Of a stretch of 64,000 bases of DNA, positions 37,308 to 46,748 are shown in pieces. A program made the position numbers and the translations under genes. The notes under the pieces were generated by a model that saw only the letters and a list, made by a program, of their open reading frames with translations, was not told where the DNA came from and did not search any database. How positions within the stretch are numbered: the stretch's first letter is position 1; every line of letters begins with the position of its first letter. Origin of the DNA: Bacillota bacterium (GTDB lineage: Bacteria > Bacillota > Sulfobacillia > JAJZYS01 > JAILZS01); assembly GCA_023512375.1 (NCBI GenBank), contig JAILZS010000007.1, positions 894 to 64,893 on the forward strand. The letters run 5' to 3'.

Positions 37308-40300
37308 TCACCCGCGCGTCAGGGAGGCGAGGAGGGCACGGCAGCGCGCCACCTCGGGCGCGACGCCGAGCGATGCGAACTGGGCAAGCGCCCGGCCCAG
37401 GTGGGCGTGCGCGATCGACAGGCGGCCGGCCTGCGCGGCCACGATCCCTCGCACCTTGGCGCTCAGGGCCAGACCATAGGGGTACCCGTCCTCCGAGGCG
37501 ATCGCCTCGGCCCGCGCGATGGCGCGTTCGGCCGCCGGCAGGTCTCCCTGGACGGCGGCCAACTGCGCCAGGTAGGCGTACGCGTGATCCAGGAGGATGC
37601 GCATCCCTGTCCGCTCGGCCAACGCGATGGCGCGTTCCTCCGCCCGGATGCCGCCGTTCACGTCGCCCGCGTGCGCCCGGGGAAGACCCAGATGCACGGC
37701 CGCCAGGTACTGGGGCATGGCCAGACCTTCGGCCTCGGATACCCGCAGGCTTTCCTCGCCCGCCTCGACGGCGGCGGCCCACTCTCCCTCCGCGTGCAGG
37801 ACCTGCGCCAGGTGCGCCGAGGCAAGGGCGATCACCGCCGTGTTCTCCGCCTGCCGGCCTTGCTCCCTCATGTCTTGGACCACGGCGCGGGCGCGGTCGA
37901 AGTCGCCGAGAAGCGCCAGCGCCGTGCCCAACACGCCCAGGCCTTCGGCGATGTGGATGCGGCGTGGGTCGCCCAGGGCGACGGCTTCTTCGAGCAAAGA
38001 CACCGCCCGCGTGTACTCCCCTCGGAGCACGTACAGGTGGCCGAGATGGACCAGGGCGTAAGGAACCAGGTGGTGCGGCCCGGCCCGAGCGTGCTCGAGC
38101 CCCCTCTCCAAGAGGCGTTGGGCCAAGGCCAGACGCCCACGAAGCATGATCTGCAAGGCATGTCCCTGGACCAGCAACAGCTGCGATTCCGATGGTGGCT
38201 CCGCAAGCCCGGGGGCCCGGACGCCGTCGACCGACCCCTCCTCGTCTTCGCGTCCAAGGAGAAGGTTGATATGCGCAAGCCGCAAGCGGATCTCGTCGGC
38301 CAATCGCTCATGTTCCTGGGTGGCCGGCAAGGCGGACATGCAGTCGAGGGCCTTGCGAAGGCGTACCATCGCCGAGGCATACGCGTAGTTCCCAAGCGCC
38401 ATGTCGCCCAGGCGCACGTTCCAATCCAAGCCTTCGCGCCAAAGCCCGCCTTGGACGGCGTGTTCCGCCAGGGCCTCGGCCATCATGGGCGGCACCTCCG
38501 AGCCCTCCTCGCGACGGCCCATCCACCGGACGAGGGCGTGGAACGCCCGGCGGTGGAGGAGGGCGCGCCGGCTCTTGCTCATCCCCTGCCGCGCCACCTG
38601 GGCGAACACCTCGTGCCGGAAGGAGACCCGAGGAGCGCCGGCGGTCTCACGGGAACGGCCGTCGTCGGTCTCCTCGACGAGCCGTGCCTGAAGCAGGCGT
38701 TCCAGCGCCTGGACCGCCTCCTCCTCGCCCAGTCCGGCCACCTCTCGCACAGGCGCCAGGGGGACGGGCCACCGGAACACCGCCAGCGCCCTGGCCAGCG
38801 CCTGCGCCGAGGGCGAAAGTCGGATGAGCCGCGCGGCCACGACGGCCTCCACGGTGGCAGGGATCGTCCCGCCAACATGGCTTCGGTCGTCGTCGCTCGC
38901 ATCCCTCAGGGCCTGGAGCAGCTCGACGGCGAACAGGGGATTGCCACCGGTGTCACGATGCAACCGGTCCGCCAGGGCGTGGTCTTCCCTGCCGGTGACC
39001 GTGGCCACGAGGGAGCGGACGGCCTGCTGGGAGAGCGGGCCGACGTCCACCCAGTCCATGCGCCGCTCCCGCTCCAGGGTGCGGAGCAACAGGGAGGACG
39101 GGGTGGATAGGTCCTCCGCCCGGGCGGTCATGAGGACGGCGACGCCTTCCGACAGGGGATGGCGCAGGAGATAGGCCAACAGGCCAAGGCTCGTCTCATC
39201 CGCCCAGTGGAGATCCTCCACGACCAACCGCACGGGCGGCGGTAACGCAACCAGCAGCCGGACCACCGCCTCGAACAACACCTGCTGGTCGCGGAGGTGG
39301 TCCAACAGCGGGGAACGCTCCTCGGCCAATGCAGCCGCCCGCCCTGCCGCCGGTCTTTGCGCCAGCGGCACAAGGCCGGGAAGAAGGCGGTCAAGCGCCT
39401 CAAGGTAGGCCGGCATCAAGCCGATTCGGCTCATCTCGAGCCGGCCGGACAGAGCGCCGAGGGCCTCTACGAAGGGAGCGTACGGAAGCGCTTGTGACGT
39501 CTCGTAGCAGTGCCCGATCAGCGTCGTCCCCGACCATCCCTGCTTGTCCAGGACGGCCCGAGTGAGGCGCGTCTTGCCGATGCCCGTCTCGCCATGGAGA
39601 AGGACGGCGCGCGGGTTCTCGGCGCGCGCAAGACGGTCCAACACGGTGCGAACCAACTCATCGCGCCCGACCACCGGCAGGGGCCTTCCTCGCCCAAGCG
39701 CCCCCGCACCCACGCCACGGACCGCACTCGCGCTTGGGACGGACATCCGACCTTCGGCAATGGCGTCTCGAAGCGCCGTCGTGGCCGGATCCGGTTCGAC
39801 CGCCAACTGGGTCCGAAGCAGTCGACGGCAGGTCTCATATTGCGCGAGGGCCGCGGAACGATTGCCCGAGGCTGCCAGGGCCAACATCAACCGCCGGTGA
39901 AAGGTCTCCTCCGCCGGATCGATCCCGAGAGCCTGCCGACTATACGCGGCGAGGCTCTGCCAGTTTCCGCCCGCCTCTGCCTGCCGGGACAGGCGCTCGA
40001 GGATCTCCAGCGCGCGCCGGTCCCAAAACTCGCGTTGCCGTTGGAGCCATTCCTCATAGGCTTCGCTGTCCGGCAGGGAGAAACCGTCCAGGAACGGCCC
40101 GCGGCGCACCGCCACCGCCGCCGCCAGCTCGGATGCCTCGCGCTCGTAGCCCCCCCCGCCTGCCTGGGGAGGATCGGCGGACTGCCCAGCGGACTTGCAG
40201 AAGTCCGCCAGGTCCACTTCCACAGGCGCGTCGGGGTCCCAGGCGAGCCTGTCCCTGAAGGTCCGGATGGGAAAGACGGGCAACGCGCGCCGAAGGGACA

Positions 40301-40502
40301 CCAGGACGGCGGTCAGGGTCCGCCGGCCGCTGCGCTCGTCCGCGTCCTCCCAAAGGAGGCTGGCGAGATGGCTGCGCGTGAAGCTGCCGGTGGGTTGAGC
40401 GGCCAGGTACCAGACAAGCGCCTCGCCCTTCTTCGTGGAGAGCGTGACGGGACCCGTGGCCCCGATCATGTACGGTTTGCCCAACAGGCCGAGTCGCAGC
40501 AT
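37308..40502 (-). CDS. SARP/BTAD transcriptional regulator with STAND ATPase and TPR repeats
   Basis: LRLGLLG wHTH, LLWED, GPFLDGF...EEWL BTAD, GETGIGKT Walker A, VVEDLHWAD Walker B, TGGNPLF, helical C-terminus. Confidence 0.9.
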   Translation of the reverse strand: MLRLGLLGKPYMIGATGPVTLSTKKGEALVWYLAAQPTGSFTRSHLASLLWEDADERSGRRTLTAVLVSLRRALPVFPIRTFRDRLAWDPDAPVEVDLADFCKSAGQSADPPQAGGGGYEREASELAAAVAVRRGPFLDGFSLPDSEAYEEWLQRQREFWDRRALEILERLSRQAEAGGNWQSLAAYSRQALGIDPAEETFHRRLMLALAASGNRSAALAQYETCRRLLRTQLAVEPDPATTALRDAIAEGRMSVPSASAVRGVGAGALGRGRPLPVVGRDELVRTVLDRLARAENPRAVLLHGETGIGKTRLTRAVLDKQGWSGTTLIGHCYETSQALPYAPFVEALGALSGRLEMSRIGLMPAYLEALDRLLPGLVPLAQRPAAGRAAALAEERSPLLDHLRDQQVLFEAVVRLLVALPPPVRLVVEDLHWADETSLGLLAYLLRHPLSEGVAVLMTARAEDLSTPSSLLLRTLERERRMDWVDVGPLSQQAVRSLVATVTGREDHALADRLHRDTGGNPLFAVELLQALRDASDDDRSHVGGTIPATVEAVVAARLIRLSPSAQALARALAVFRWPVPLAPVREVAGLGEEEAVQALERLLQARLVEETDDGRSRETAGAPRVSFRHEVFAQVARQGMSKSRRALLHRRAFHALVRWMGRREEGSEVPPMMAEALAEHAVQGGLWREGLDWNVRLGDMALGNYAYASAMVRLRKALDCMSALPATQEHERLADEIRLRLAHINLLLGREDEEGSVDGVRAPGLAEPPSESQLLLVQGHALQIMLRGRLALAQRLLERGLEHARAGPHHLVPYALVHLGHLYVLRGEYTRAVSLLEEAVALGDPRRIHIAEGLGVLGTALALLGDFDRARAVVQDMREQGRQAENTAVIALASAHLAQVLHAEGEWAAAVEAGEESLRVSEAEGLAMPQYLAAVHLGLPRAHAGDVNGGIRAEERAIALAERTGMRILLDHAYAYLAQLAAVQGDLPAAERAIARAEAIASEDGYPYGLALSAKVRGIVAAQAGRLSIAHAHLGRALAQFASLGVAPEVARCRALLASLTRG

Positions 40503-40631
40503 GGAGGCACGCACCGCATCTGCCCGGGCCTCGACGCCGGGAGGCCGGGGAAATCTCGTGCCCAGGGATTCGTCGCCATGCCCCTCGCTACCTGCCCCCT
40601 TCCCGCTGCGGCAGGAGCACCGTCGGTCCCT

Positions 40632-40661
40632 CGTTTGCAGTCCATTCGCGGCGCGTTTGCA
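40632..40661. promoter_or_regulatory. 11-bp-phased direct repeats, candidate SARP binding site
   Basis: CGTTTGCA (40632), CATTCGCG (40643), CGTTTGCA (40654). Confidence 0.45.
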
Positions 40662-41095
40662 TCTCCGTGCTACCTTCGTCTCCGCGGTCGACCGCCCGGG
40701 GCGTCTTCTCAGGGCTCCGAACGGCAGTAGGAGGACGACGTGCGTCTGCACGGCTGTCTTCGCTGCAGGGCAGGCGGCGCGGCAGCGACATGGTTCCCCA
40801 TCCCACGTCCCCGCAACGCAGCCGGGGTGCAACGCGCCGTCAGGCCCCCGGTGCAGGGGGAACGCGTCGGAGACCTTGCGCCGCCCGCATCGTTCTGTCG
40901 CGTCCGATGTAGGGCCGATTGCGCCGCGCCTCGCCGCCAGGAAGGAAGACGAGGTAAGCGGGTCGGTGCCTGGGAGACCGCCCTGGGCGTTCGCGGGCAA
41001 CCGGAAGCGGCGTCGACCGCCCGCGACCCGGGCAGGGGTGCCTCGACCGTGTGACAGCCGCGAAGGTTCGTATCCAATGCTCAGGGGGTTACAGG

Positions 41096-42409
41096 TTGAA
41101 AACGTCTTGGGCGAGAGGGCTTCGTGCCGGATTTGCGGCCGGAGTCGCAGCGCTGGGCGTGCTGGTCGCGGGTCAGGGCTTGACGGCCAAGGCGGCCGCC
41201 GCCCCGCGCGTGTGGTACGTGAGCGTCGGCGCCGAGAGTGCGCATTCGGCGATCGAAGCGATGGGATTCTACCCGGGCGTCATCACGATCGACGCCGGGG
41301 ACAGCGTGGTGTGGACGCTTCACTCGATGGAACCGCATACGGTCACCTTCCTGGGCGGCGTGCGCTTGACCCCCAAGCTCCTAAGCGACTTTGCGCCGGC
41401 AGGTGGCGGAACCTATACGGGGACGGGGCTCCACAGCTCTGGCATGCTGGCCGGTCCTCACCGGACCTATCGGCTGACCTTCCCCAAGCCGGGCTTCTAT
41501 CCGTATCTGTGCCTCATGCACGGTACGGCGATGTCCGGACTCGTGATCGTGAATCCCGCCGGTACGCCCTATCCGATGACACAGGCGCAGTACCATCGCC
41601 TCGCCAGCCAGGAGGAGGAGGCAGCGCTGGCGGCCGGTCAGGCCGCCGCGTCTGGCGCCGTTCTGAGCACATCCCCGGGACCGAACGGAAGCACGATCTA
41701 CCACGTGCTCGCCGGCATCGACAGCGGCCCCACGGTGATGACACGGCTGGAGCCCACCCAGGTGGGGTCGACGGCGGGCGGCCAGGCAACCCTCACCCAG
41801 GAAGGGCCGGGCGTCATCGCGGTGACGGTGACCGTTTGGGGCCTCAAGCCGGGCAGCGTCCTCTCGGATGGGATCGGGATCGGCACATGCTCGGAACCGG
41901 GACCCGGCGTCGATCGCCTGAACCCCCTGAAGGCCGACGCCCGGGGGCTCGCCACCGCCACGACCCTCATCACGGGTAACCCGCAACTGTTGGCCATCCC
42001 CAGCGCCGGCTGGACCGTCGACGTCGGGCCGAGCGGATCGGCGGGGAACGGGACCGCCGCCGTCGCCTGCGGCGCCGTTTCCGCCCCGGCGGCCACCGGC
42101 ATGCGCTTCTACCCCTGGACGGTGACCATCCACGTGGGCGACCAGGTGCAGTGGCTGGAGGCCTCCTCCATGGAGATTCACACCGTCACCTTCCTGGCCA
42201 AGGGCCAGAAGGCGCCGCAGTTCGGCAGCCCGGCTTCGGTGCGGCCTGCAGGCGGTCCGGTCTACAACGGCAGCGGGTACTTCAACTCGGGCGTCATGAC
42301 CCCGGGTCAGACGTACACCCTGACGTTCACCAAGCCCGGCGTGTACGCCTACCATTGCCTCGTGCACGACGACATGGGGATGATCGGAAGGGTGATCGTG
42401 CTTCCCTGA
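41096..42409 (+). CDS. Exported copper protein: cupredoxin, Cu/Zn-SOD-like domain, cupredoxin
   Basis: TTG start after AGGGGG; signal peptide; PHTVTF...YLCLMHGTAM and IHTVTF...YHCLVHDDMGM type-1 Cu sites; central GQATLTQ..GLKPG..GTC..LNPLKADARGLA..VACG. Confidence 0.85.
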   Translation: MKTSWARGLRAGFAAGVAALGVLVAGQGLTAKAAAAPRVWYVSVGAESAHSAIEAMGFYPGVITIDAGDSVVWTLHSMEPHTVTFLGGVRLTPKLLSDFAPAGGGTYTGTGLHSSGMLAGPHRTYRLTFPKPGFYPYLCLMHGTAMSGLVIVNPAGTPYPMTQAQYHRLASQEEEAALAAGQAAASGAVLSTSPGPNGSTIYHVLAGIDSGPTVMTRLEPTQVGSTAGGQATLTQEGPGVIAVTVTVWGLKPGSVLSDGIGIGTCSEPGPGVDRLNPLKADARGLATATTLITGNPQLLAIPSAGWTVDVGPSGSAGNGTAAVACGAVSAPAATGMRFYPWTVTIHVGDQVQWLEASSMEIHTVTFLAKGQKAPQFGSPASVRPAGGPVYNGSGYFNSGVMTPGQTYTLTFTKPGVYAYHCLVHDDMGMIGRVIVLP

Positions 42410-42441
42410 CCGCCGGAGCGAAGCCGCTGCTGCGGGAGCCT

Positions 42442-42472
42442 GGGACGCCGGGGTGTCGCACCCCGGCGTCCC
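42442..42472 (+). terminator. Terminator-like hairpin after the cupredoxin gene
   Basis: GGGACGCCGGGGTG-tcg-CACCCCGGCGTCCC perfect 14-bp stem; no U tract. Confidence 0.6.
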
Positions 42473-42867
42473 GCCGTTGCAGCCGGAACGGGCCTCGGCC
42501 GCCTGCCATGGCGGGCCGGCGGCGGGTTGGCGTCAGCCGCCCGCGGCTCCCCATAGCGGCCGGGGACGGCCTGCAACCTCTTGCCGGGAGGACCCCGGTG
42601 CGCGCCGCCGAATGCCCTCGCCGGAACAGAGGGGGCAACCCATTGGCGAGGGGGCGCCCGGCGGGCGACGCAGGAGGGTGCCGCTCGCCGCCGGCCCTGT
42701 CGGGTGCAGGATCGAGCGCGGCGGGGCGGCGGCTCGGGCCCGCGTGCCCCACCCTGGCGCGCCACCCCTGCCACCCCGCTTCGAAGGCGCCGTCCCCCTT
42801 GCCGCACCCGCCCGCGGCGGCCCGGGGGTCGCCGCGCGCCCACCCGCCCCCGCGGGAGGAGTGACGA

Positions 42868-43359
42868 GTGGACCGTGACGACATGCGCATGCTCGCCGCC
42901 CACCTCCAGTGGGCGGACCGCCGGGTCGCCGACGCCCTCTTGCCTCTCGCCCCCGCCGTCGTGAGCCGGCCCCTGCCCTCCAGCCACGGCTCCCTCCTCG
43001 CCACCGCCGCCCACCTGTTCGGGGCGGAGTGGACGTGGCTCGAGCGCGTGCGCGGGCACAGCCCCGCCCAGGTGGGCCCGCCGGAAGGCGTCGCCCGCCT
43101 CGACGACCTCCTCTCCCGCTGGCCCGCCGTCTGGGAGGGATGGCGGAAGGTGGCGGAGACCGCCGACCCGGGCGCCGTCGTCGCCTACCGCACCACCGCG
43201 GGCGCGCCCCACGCCACCACCCTCGCCCACGTCCTCCTGCACGTGGCGCTCCACTCCGCCCAGTACCGGGGACAGGTGGCCGCCATGCTCCGCTCCCTCG
43301 GCCTTCCCGCCCCCGGCACCGACCTCATCGCGTACCTCAGGCGCCCTCCTGGCGGCTGA
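42868..43359 (+). CDS. DinB/YfiT-family protein
   Basis: HLQWADRR, SLLATAAHLFGAEWTW, HVALHSAQYRGQVAAMLR. Confidence 0.85.
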   Translation: MDRDDMRMLAAHLQWADRRVADALLPLAPAVVSRPLPSSHGSLLATAAHLFGAEWTWLERVRGHSPAQVGPPEGVARLDDLLSRWPAVWEGWRKVAETADPGAVVAYRTTAGAPHATTLAHVLLHVALHSAQYRGQVAAMLRSLGLPAPGTDLIAYLRRPPGG

Positions 43360-43405
43360 CGGGAGCGGCCTCCCACCCGTGTGACGAAAGGAGCGTGCGT
43401 CCCCT

Positions 43406-44344
43406 GTGGCCGACGCGCCGAATCTGGACAGCGTGCGGGCTGCGCTCCTCGCCCTCCTGGACGAGGCCTTCCTGGGGCCGCCCGAGGGCGAGGCGTACGG
43501 CGACTTCACCACCGGTCCGGGCACGGGCTGGCTCTCCACGCTGGCCCAGTTGCCGCCCGGCCTCGCCTCCGCCCGGCCGTTCGGCGTCCGCCCCTCGATC
43601 GCCGCCCACGCCGAGCACGTCCGCCTCTCCTTGGAGAGTGAGAACGCCGCGGCCGAGGGGCGGGAAGCGGAGCCGGACTGGGAGGCGGCATGGCGCTCAG
43701 CGCCCGCCGACCCCCAGGCGCTGGCGGCGGTGGGAGAGGGGCTGCGGCAGGCGTATGAGGCGACGCGCCGCCGCCTCGCCGAAGCTCCTTGGCGCGACGG
43801 CGGCGACATCCGCCGCGCCCTGACCGCCGTCGTGCACGCCGCCTACCACCTGGGGGCGGCGCGGCAGGCCTTGCGCCTCCTGGAAGCGGGGGACGGCGCC
43901 GACGGCGCCGTCCACCTCACCGCCTTCGTCCCGTACGACCGCGCCCTTGCCGGCCTCGCCCCCGAGCGCGCCGTGCGCGCCCCCGCCGGGGCGCCCTACT
44001 CGCCTGCGCAGGTGCTCGCCCACATGGCGTTCTGGCAGGACTGGCTCCTAGCCCAGGCGCGGGGCGAGGCGCCGGCCTTCCCCGCGCACGCCGAGGCGGG
44101 CTGGCCGACCCCCGACGCCGACGCCTGGCCCGATCTGGTGACGCGCTTTCTCGCTGGCCTTACGGAGGCGAGGACGCTCGCCCGCGACAGCGCCGTCCGC
44201 CACCGGGCCCTGGCCCGGGGCGGCACGGGCGGGCGCGTCCTGGCCGACCTGGCCGTGCACAACGCCCATCACCTCGGGCAGATCGTCCTCCTTCGCCGCC
44301 TGGCAGGCGACTGGCCTCCCCCCGGGGGAGGGGACACCTGGTAG
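43406..44344 (+). CDS. Tandem (two-domain) DinB-family protein
   Basis: SIAAHAEH...HAAYHLGA and QVLAHMAFWQ...HNAHHLGQIV. Confidence 0.8.
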   Translation: MADAPNLDSVRAALLALLDEAFLGPPEGEAYGDFTTGPGTGWLSTLAQLPPGLASARPFGVRPSIAAHAEHVRLSLESENAAAEGREAEPDWEAAWRSAPADPQALAAVGEGLRQAYEATRRRLAEAPWRDGGDIRRALTAVVHAAYHLGAARQALRLLEAGDGADGAVHLTAFVPYDRALAGLAPERAVRAPAGAPYSPAQVLAHMAFWQDWLLAQARGEAPAFPAHAEAGWPTPDADAWPDLVTRFLAGLTEARTLARDSAVRHRALARGGTGGRVLADLAVHNAHHLGQIVLLRRLAGDWPPPGGGDTW

Positions 44345-44363
44345 CCGCCCCGCCGCCCTGCCG

Positions 44364-45200
44364 TCACAGGCCCCATCCTTCGCCCGCGCCGGGCCGGCGC
44401 CCGAGCGCCGCGTCGAGGTCGCGCAGGTAGGGGTTATGCTCCGCCCGCTCCTCGGCCACCCGCTCCAGGTCGAGCTCCACGGTCAGGCACGCCTCCTCGC
44501 GCGCCCCCGCCCGGGCCAACACCCGCCCGTCCGGCCCCACCACCTGGCTCCTTCCCCCGAAGGCGACATGCCCGTCGCGCCCCACGCGGTTGGCCACCGC
44601 CAGGTAGCAGGCGTTCTCGGCCGCCCGCGCCCGCGCGAACAGCTCGAACAGGCCGATGTCGGCGCGGTCCCAGGCCGCCCCCACCGCCAGGAGCTCGGCT
44701 CCGCCCAGGGCCAGGGGCCGCGACCACTCGGGGAAGGCCAGGTCCCAGCACACGCCCAGGCCGATTCGCACGCCCGCCACCGCCGCCACCGCGGACTCGT
44801 GTCCGCGGGCGTAGGCGAGCTGCTCCTCCTGCCACAAGAAGCGCTTTCGGTACCGGGCCCGCTCCCGCCCGGTCGGGTCGATCAGGTACAGGCTGTCGTA
44901 CACCACGCCGGGAAGGGACGCGTCCTCCTCCGCATTCCCCACGACCACCGCCACGCCCGCCGCCGCCGCGGCCTGCGCCACCCGGGCGAGCGCCTCGCCC
45001 GCGCCCCCCAGGGCGCGATGCGCCCTGGGCCCGGCGACGTAGCCCGTCAGCGCCAGCTCCGGGAAGAGGGCGAGATCGGGGGGCGGATCGGCCGCCCCCA
45101 GGGCGCGGATGCGCTCCGCCAGGCGGGCGGCGTTTTCCTCCGCCCGGCCGAGCGCCGCCGCCGTCTGGCAGACGGCGACGCGCAGCGCGCGCCCCCTCAC
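44364..45200 (-). CDS. Carbon-nitrogen hydrolase (nitrilase superfamily amidase)
   Basis: E-K-C triad: FPELALTGY, YRK, GVCWDLAFPE; ARAAEN, ANRVG. Confidence 0.9.
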   Translation of the reverse strand: MRGRALRVAVCQTAAALGRAEENAARLAERIRALGAADPPPDLALFPELALTGYVAGPRAHRALGGAGEALARVAQAAAAAGVAVVVGNAEEDASLPGVVYDSLYLIDPTGRERARYRKRFLWQEEQLAYARGHESAVAAVAGVRIGLGVCWDLAFPEWSRPLALGGAELLAVGAAWDRADIGLFELFARARAAENACYLAVANRVGRDGHVAFGGRSQVVGPDGRVLARAGAREEACLTVELDLERVAEERAEHNPYLRDLDAALGRRPGAGEGWGL

Positions 45201-46012
45201 GGCACAAGCGCCGCCGCGTCGCGCGCGGTGAGCCACCGGATCCCGGCCCGCCCGTGCCACCTCCCCAGCCATTCGCGCAGGGCGAAGGCCGGTCCGGGCC
45301 GGCCGCTGATCCAGGGGTGGACGGTGAACAGCGCCAGGCCGCCGAACGCCATGCGGGCGCTCAGCTCGTGCTCCCAGGCGGCGATCCACTCCGCCGCCGA
45401 GCGCAGCGGGTACTCGAGGCCCGGCTCCGGCAGATAGCCCAGCCACTCCCAGTCGTCCAGCTGCCAGTGGGTGGGTAGCTCCACCATCGCCTCGGACAGG
45501 CGATAGGGCCAGTCGCGGTCCATGAGGCTCGCGTCGTAGCGCAGGCCATGGGCCGCGGCGAGGGCGAGCGTTTCTGGCCCGGGATCCCAGAACGGCGCCT
45601 TGTAGCCCACCGGCTCGGCGCCCTGGGCGCGCAGGACGGCGAGGCCGCGTTCGATCTCCTCGCGCTCCTCCTCCGGCCCCAGCGCCGCCGGCCGGCGATG
45701 GCGGTAGCCGTGCGCCGCCACCTCGTGACCGGCGGCGAGGATGGCGGGCACCACCTCCGGATGGAGCTCCGCCACCCGCCCGGGGACGAAGAACGTGGCC
45801 GGCACCCCGGCCTCCGCCAGGACCTCGATGAGCCGTCCCACGCCCACCTCCGGCCCGTAGCGGGCGAGGCTTTCGAGCATGGGGCGGCGCTCCATGCCCG
45901 GCGCCGCCTCGCCCACGCCCGCCTCGCCGTCCACGTCCACCGTGAACACGCCGACGGCCCGTATGTCCGCCGGCCACCACGCCGGCCGCGCCGCCGAACC
46001 CCGGGGGCTCAC
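45197..46012 (-). CDS. Polysaccharide-deacetylase-family (PuuE/PgdA-like) amidohydrolase
   Basis: TVDVDGE, PATFFVPG, HEVAAHGYRH, YDASLMD, HPWISGRP. Confidence 0.88.
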   Translation of the reverse strand: MSPRGSAARPAWWPADIRAVGVFTVDVDGEAGVGEAAPGMERRPMLESLARYGPEVGVGRLIEVLAEAGVPATFFVPGRVAELHPEVVPAILAAGHEVAAHGYRHRRPAALGPEEEREEIERGLAVLRAQGAEPVGYKAPFWDPGPETLALAAAHGLRYDASLMDRDWPYRLSEAMVELPTHWQLDDWEWLGYLPEPGLEYPLRSAAEWIAAWEHELSARMAFGGLALFTVHPWISGRPGPAFALREWLGRWHGRAGIRWLTARDAAALVP

Positions 46013-46728
46013 CCGTGCGCCTCCTCCTCGGGCTCCTCGTACCAGCGCACCCGCTCCCCCACGCGGGCGCGCAGCTTCCACCGCATGCTCTTGGGCAGCG
46101 CCTGCCAGCGCGCGGCCAAGTCGCGCGCGGCGGCGGCGGCGCGCCGGCCGGGCTCTCCCCGCTCGCCTGCCCACGCCTCCACCTTGGCCAGCGTGCCCGT
46201 GGCCGTCCGCCACAGGCCCCAGTCGTCGGCCACCAGGCGGTCGACCGTCTCCAGCCTGAGCCCTGCCGGGTACAGGTCGTGCAGGATGGCGGCGGCGTCC
46301 ACCAGGTCCTTCTCGTTCGCCTGCACGATCTGCAGCTTGGTCATGAGGAGCATCGCCGGGTCGATCGTCGCCTCGAGCGAGATGGCGCGTTCGAGGGGCA
46401 GGGTGTGGCAGAGCCGGAACTGGTCGACGAACACGTCGAGCTGGAACTGGCCCGGCTCGTGCCAGAAGTACAGCCGCTCCTGGCCGTGCAGGGCGTTGAA
46501 GTGGGCGTCGGGGGTGAACCCCAGCCCCTCCAGGCATTTGGCCACCTGCGCCGAGTGCGTGCCGCGCGTGGCCAGGTCGATGTCCTTGTACTCGCGCGCG
46601 AACGGCCCCTCCGGCGCGGCGCTCGGGCAGAGCACGGACACCGCCATGCCGCCCAGAAGGCCCGCCGGGGCGCCGATGCCGTGGAGGGTGTCGAGGATGG
46701 TGAGCCCCAGCGACCGATCCGCCGCCAT
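46009..46728 (-). CDS. Uncharacterised pol-beta-superfamily nucleotidyltransferase
   Basis: LLGGMAV...REYKDIDLA (GG + DxD), third acidic residue in LDVFVD, LLMTKLQIV...NEKDLVD; RBS GGAGGG. Confidence 0.75.
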   Translation of the reverse strand: MAADRSLGLTILDTLHGIGAPAGLLGGMAVSVLCPSAAPEGPFAREYKDIDLATRGTHSAQVAKCLEGLGFTPDAHFNALHGQERLYFWHEPGQFQLDVFVDQFRLCHTLPLERAISLEATIDPAMLLMTKLQIVQANEKDLVDAAAILHDLYPAGLRLETVDRLVADDWGLWRTATGTLAKVEAWAGERGEPGRRAAAAARDLAARWQALPKSMRWKLRARVGERVRWYEEPEEEAHG

Positions 46729-46748
46729 GTCGATCCCTCCCTGTGGCC

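Noticed and set aside
42643..42864. 73-aa TTG ORF after GAGGGGG, upstream of dinB
   Set aside because: Low-complexity Pro/Ala/Arg sequence with no family signal
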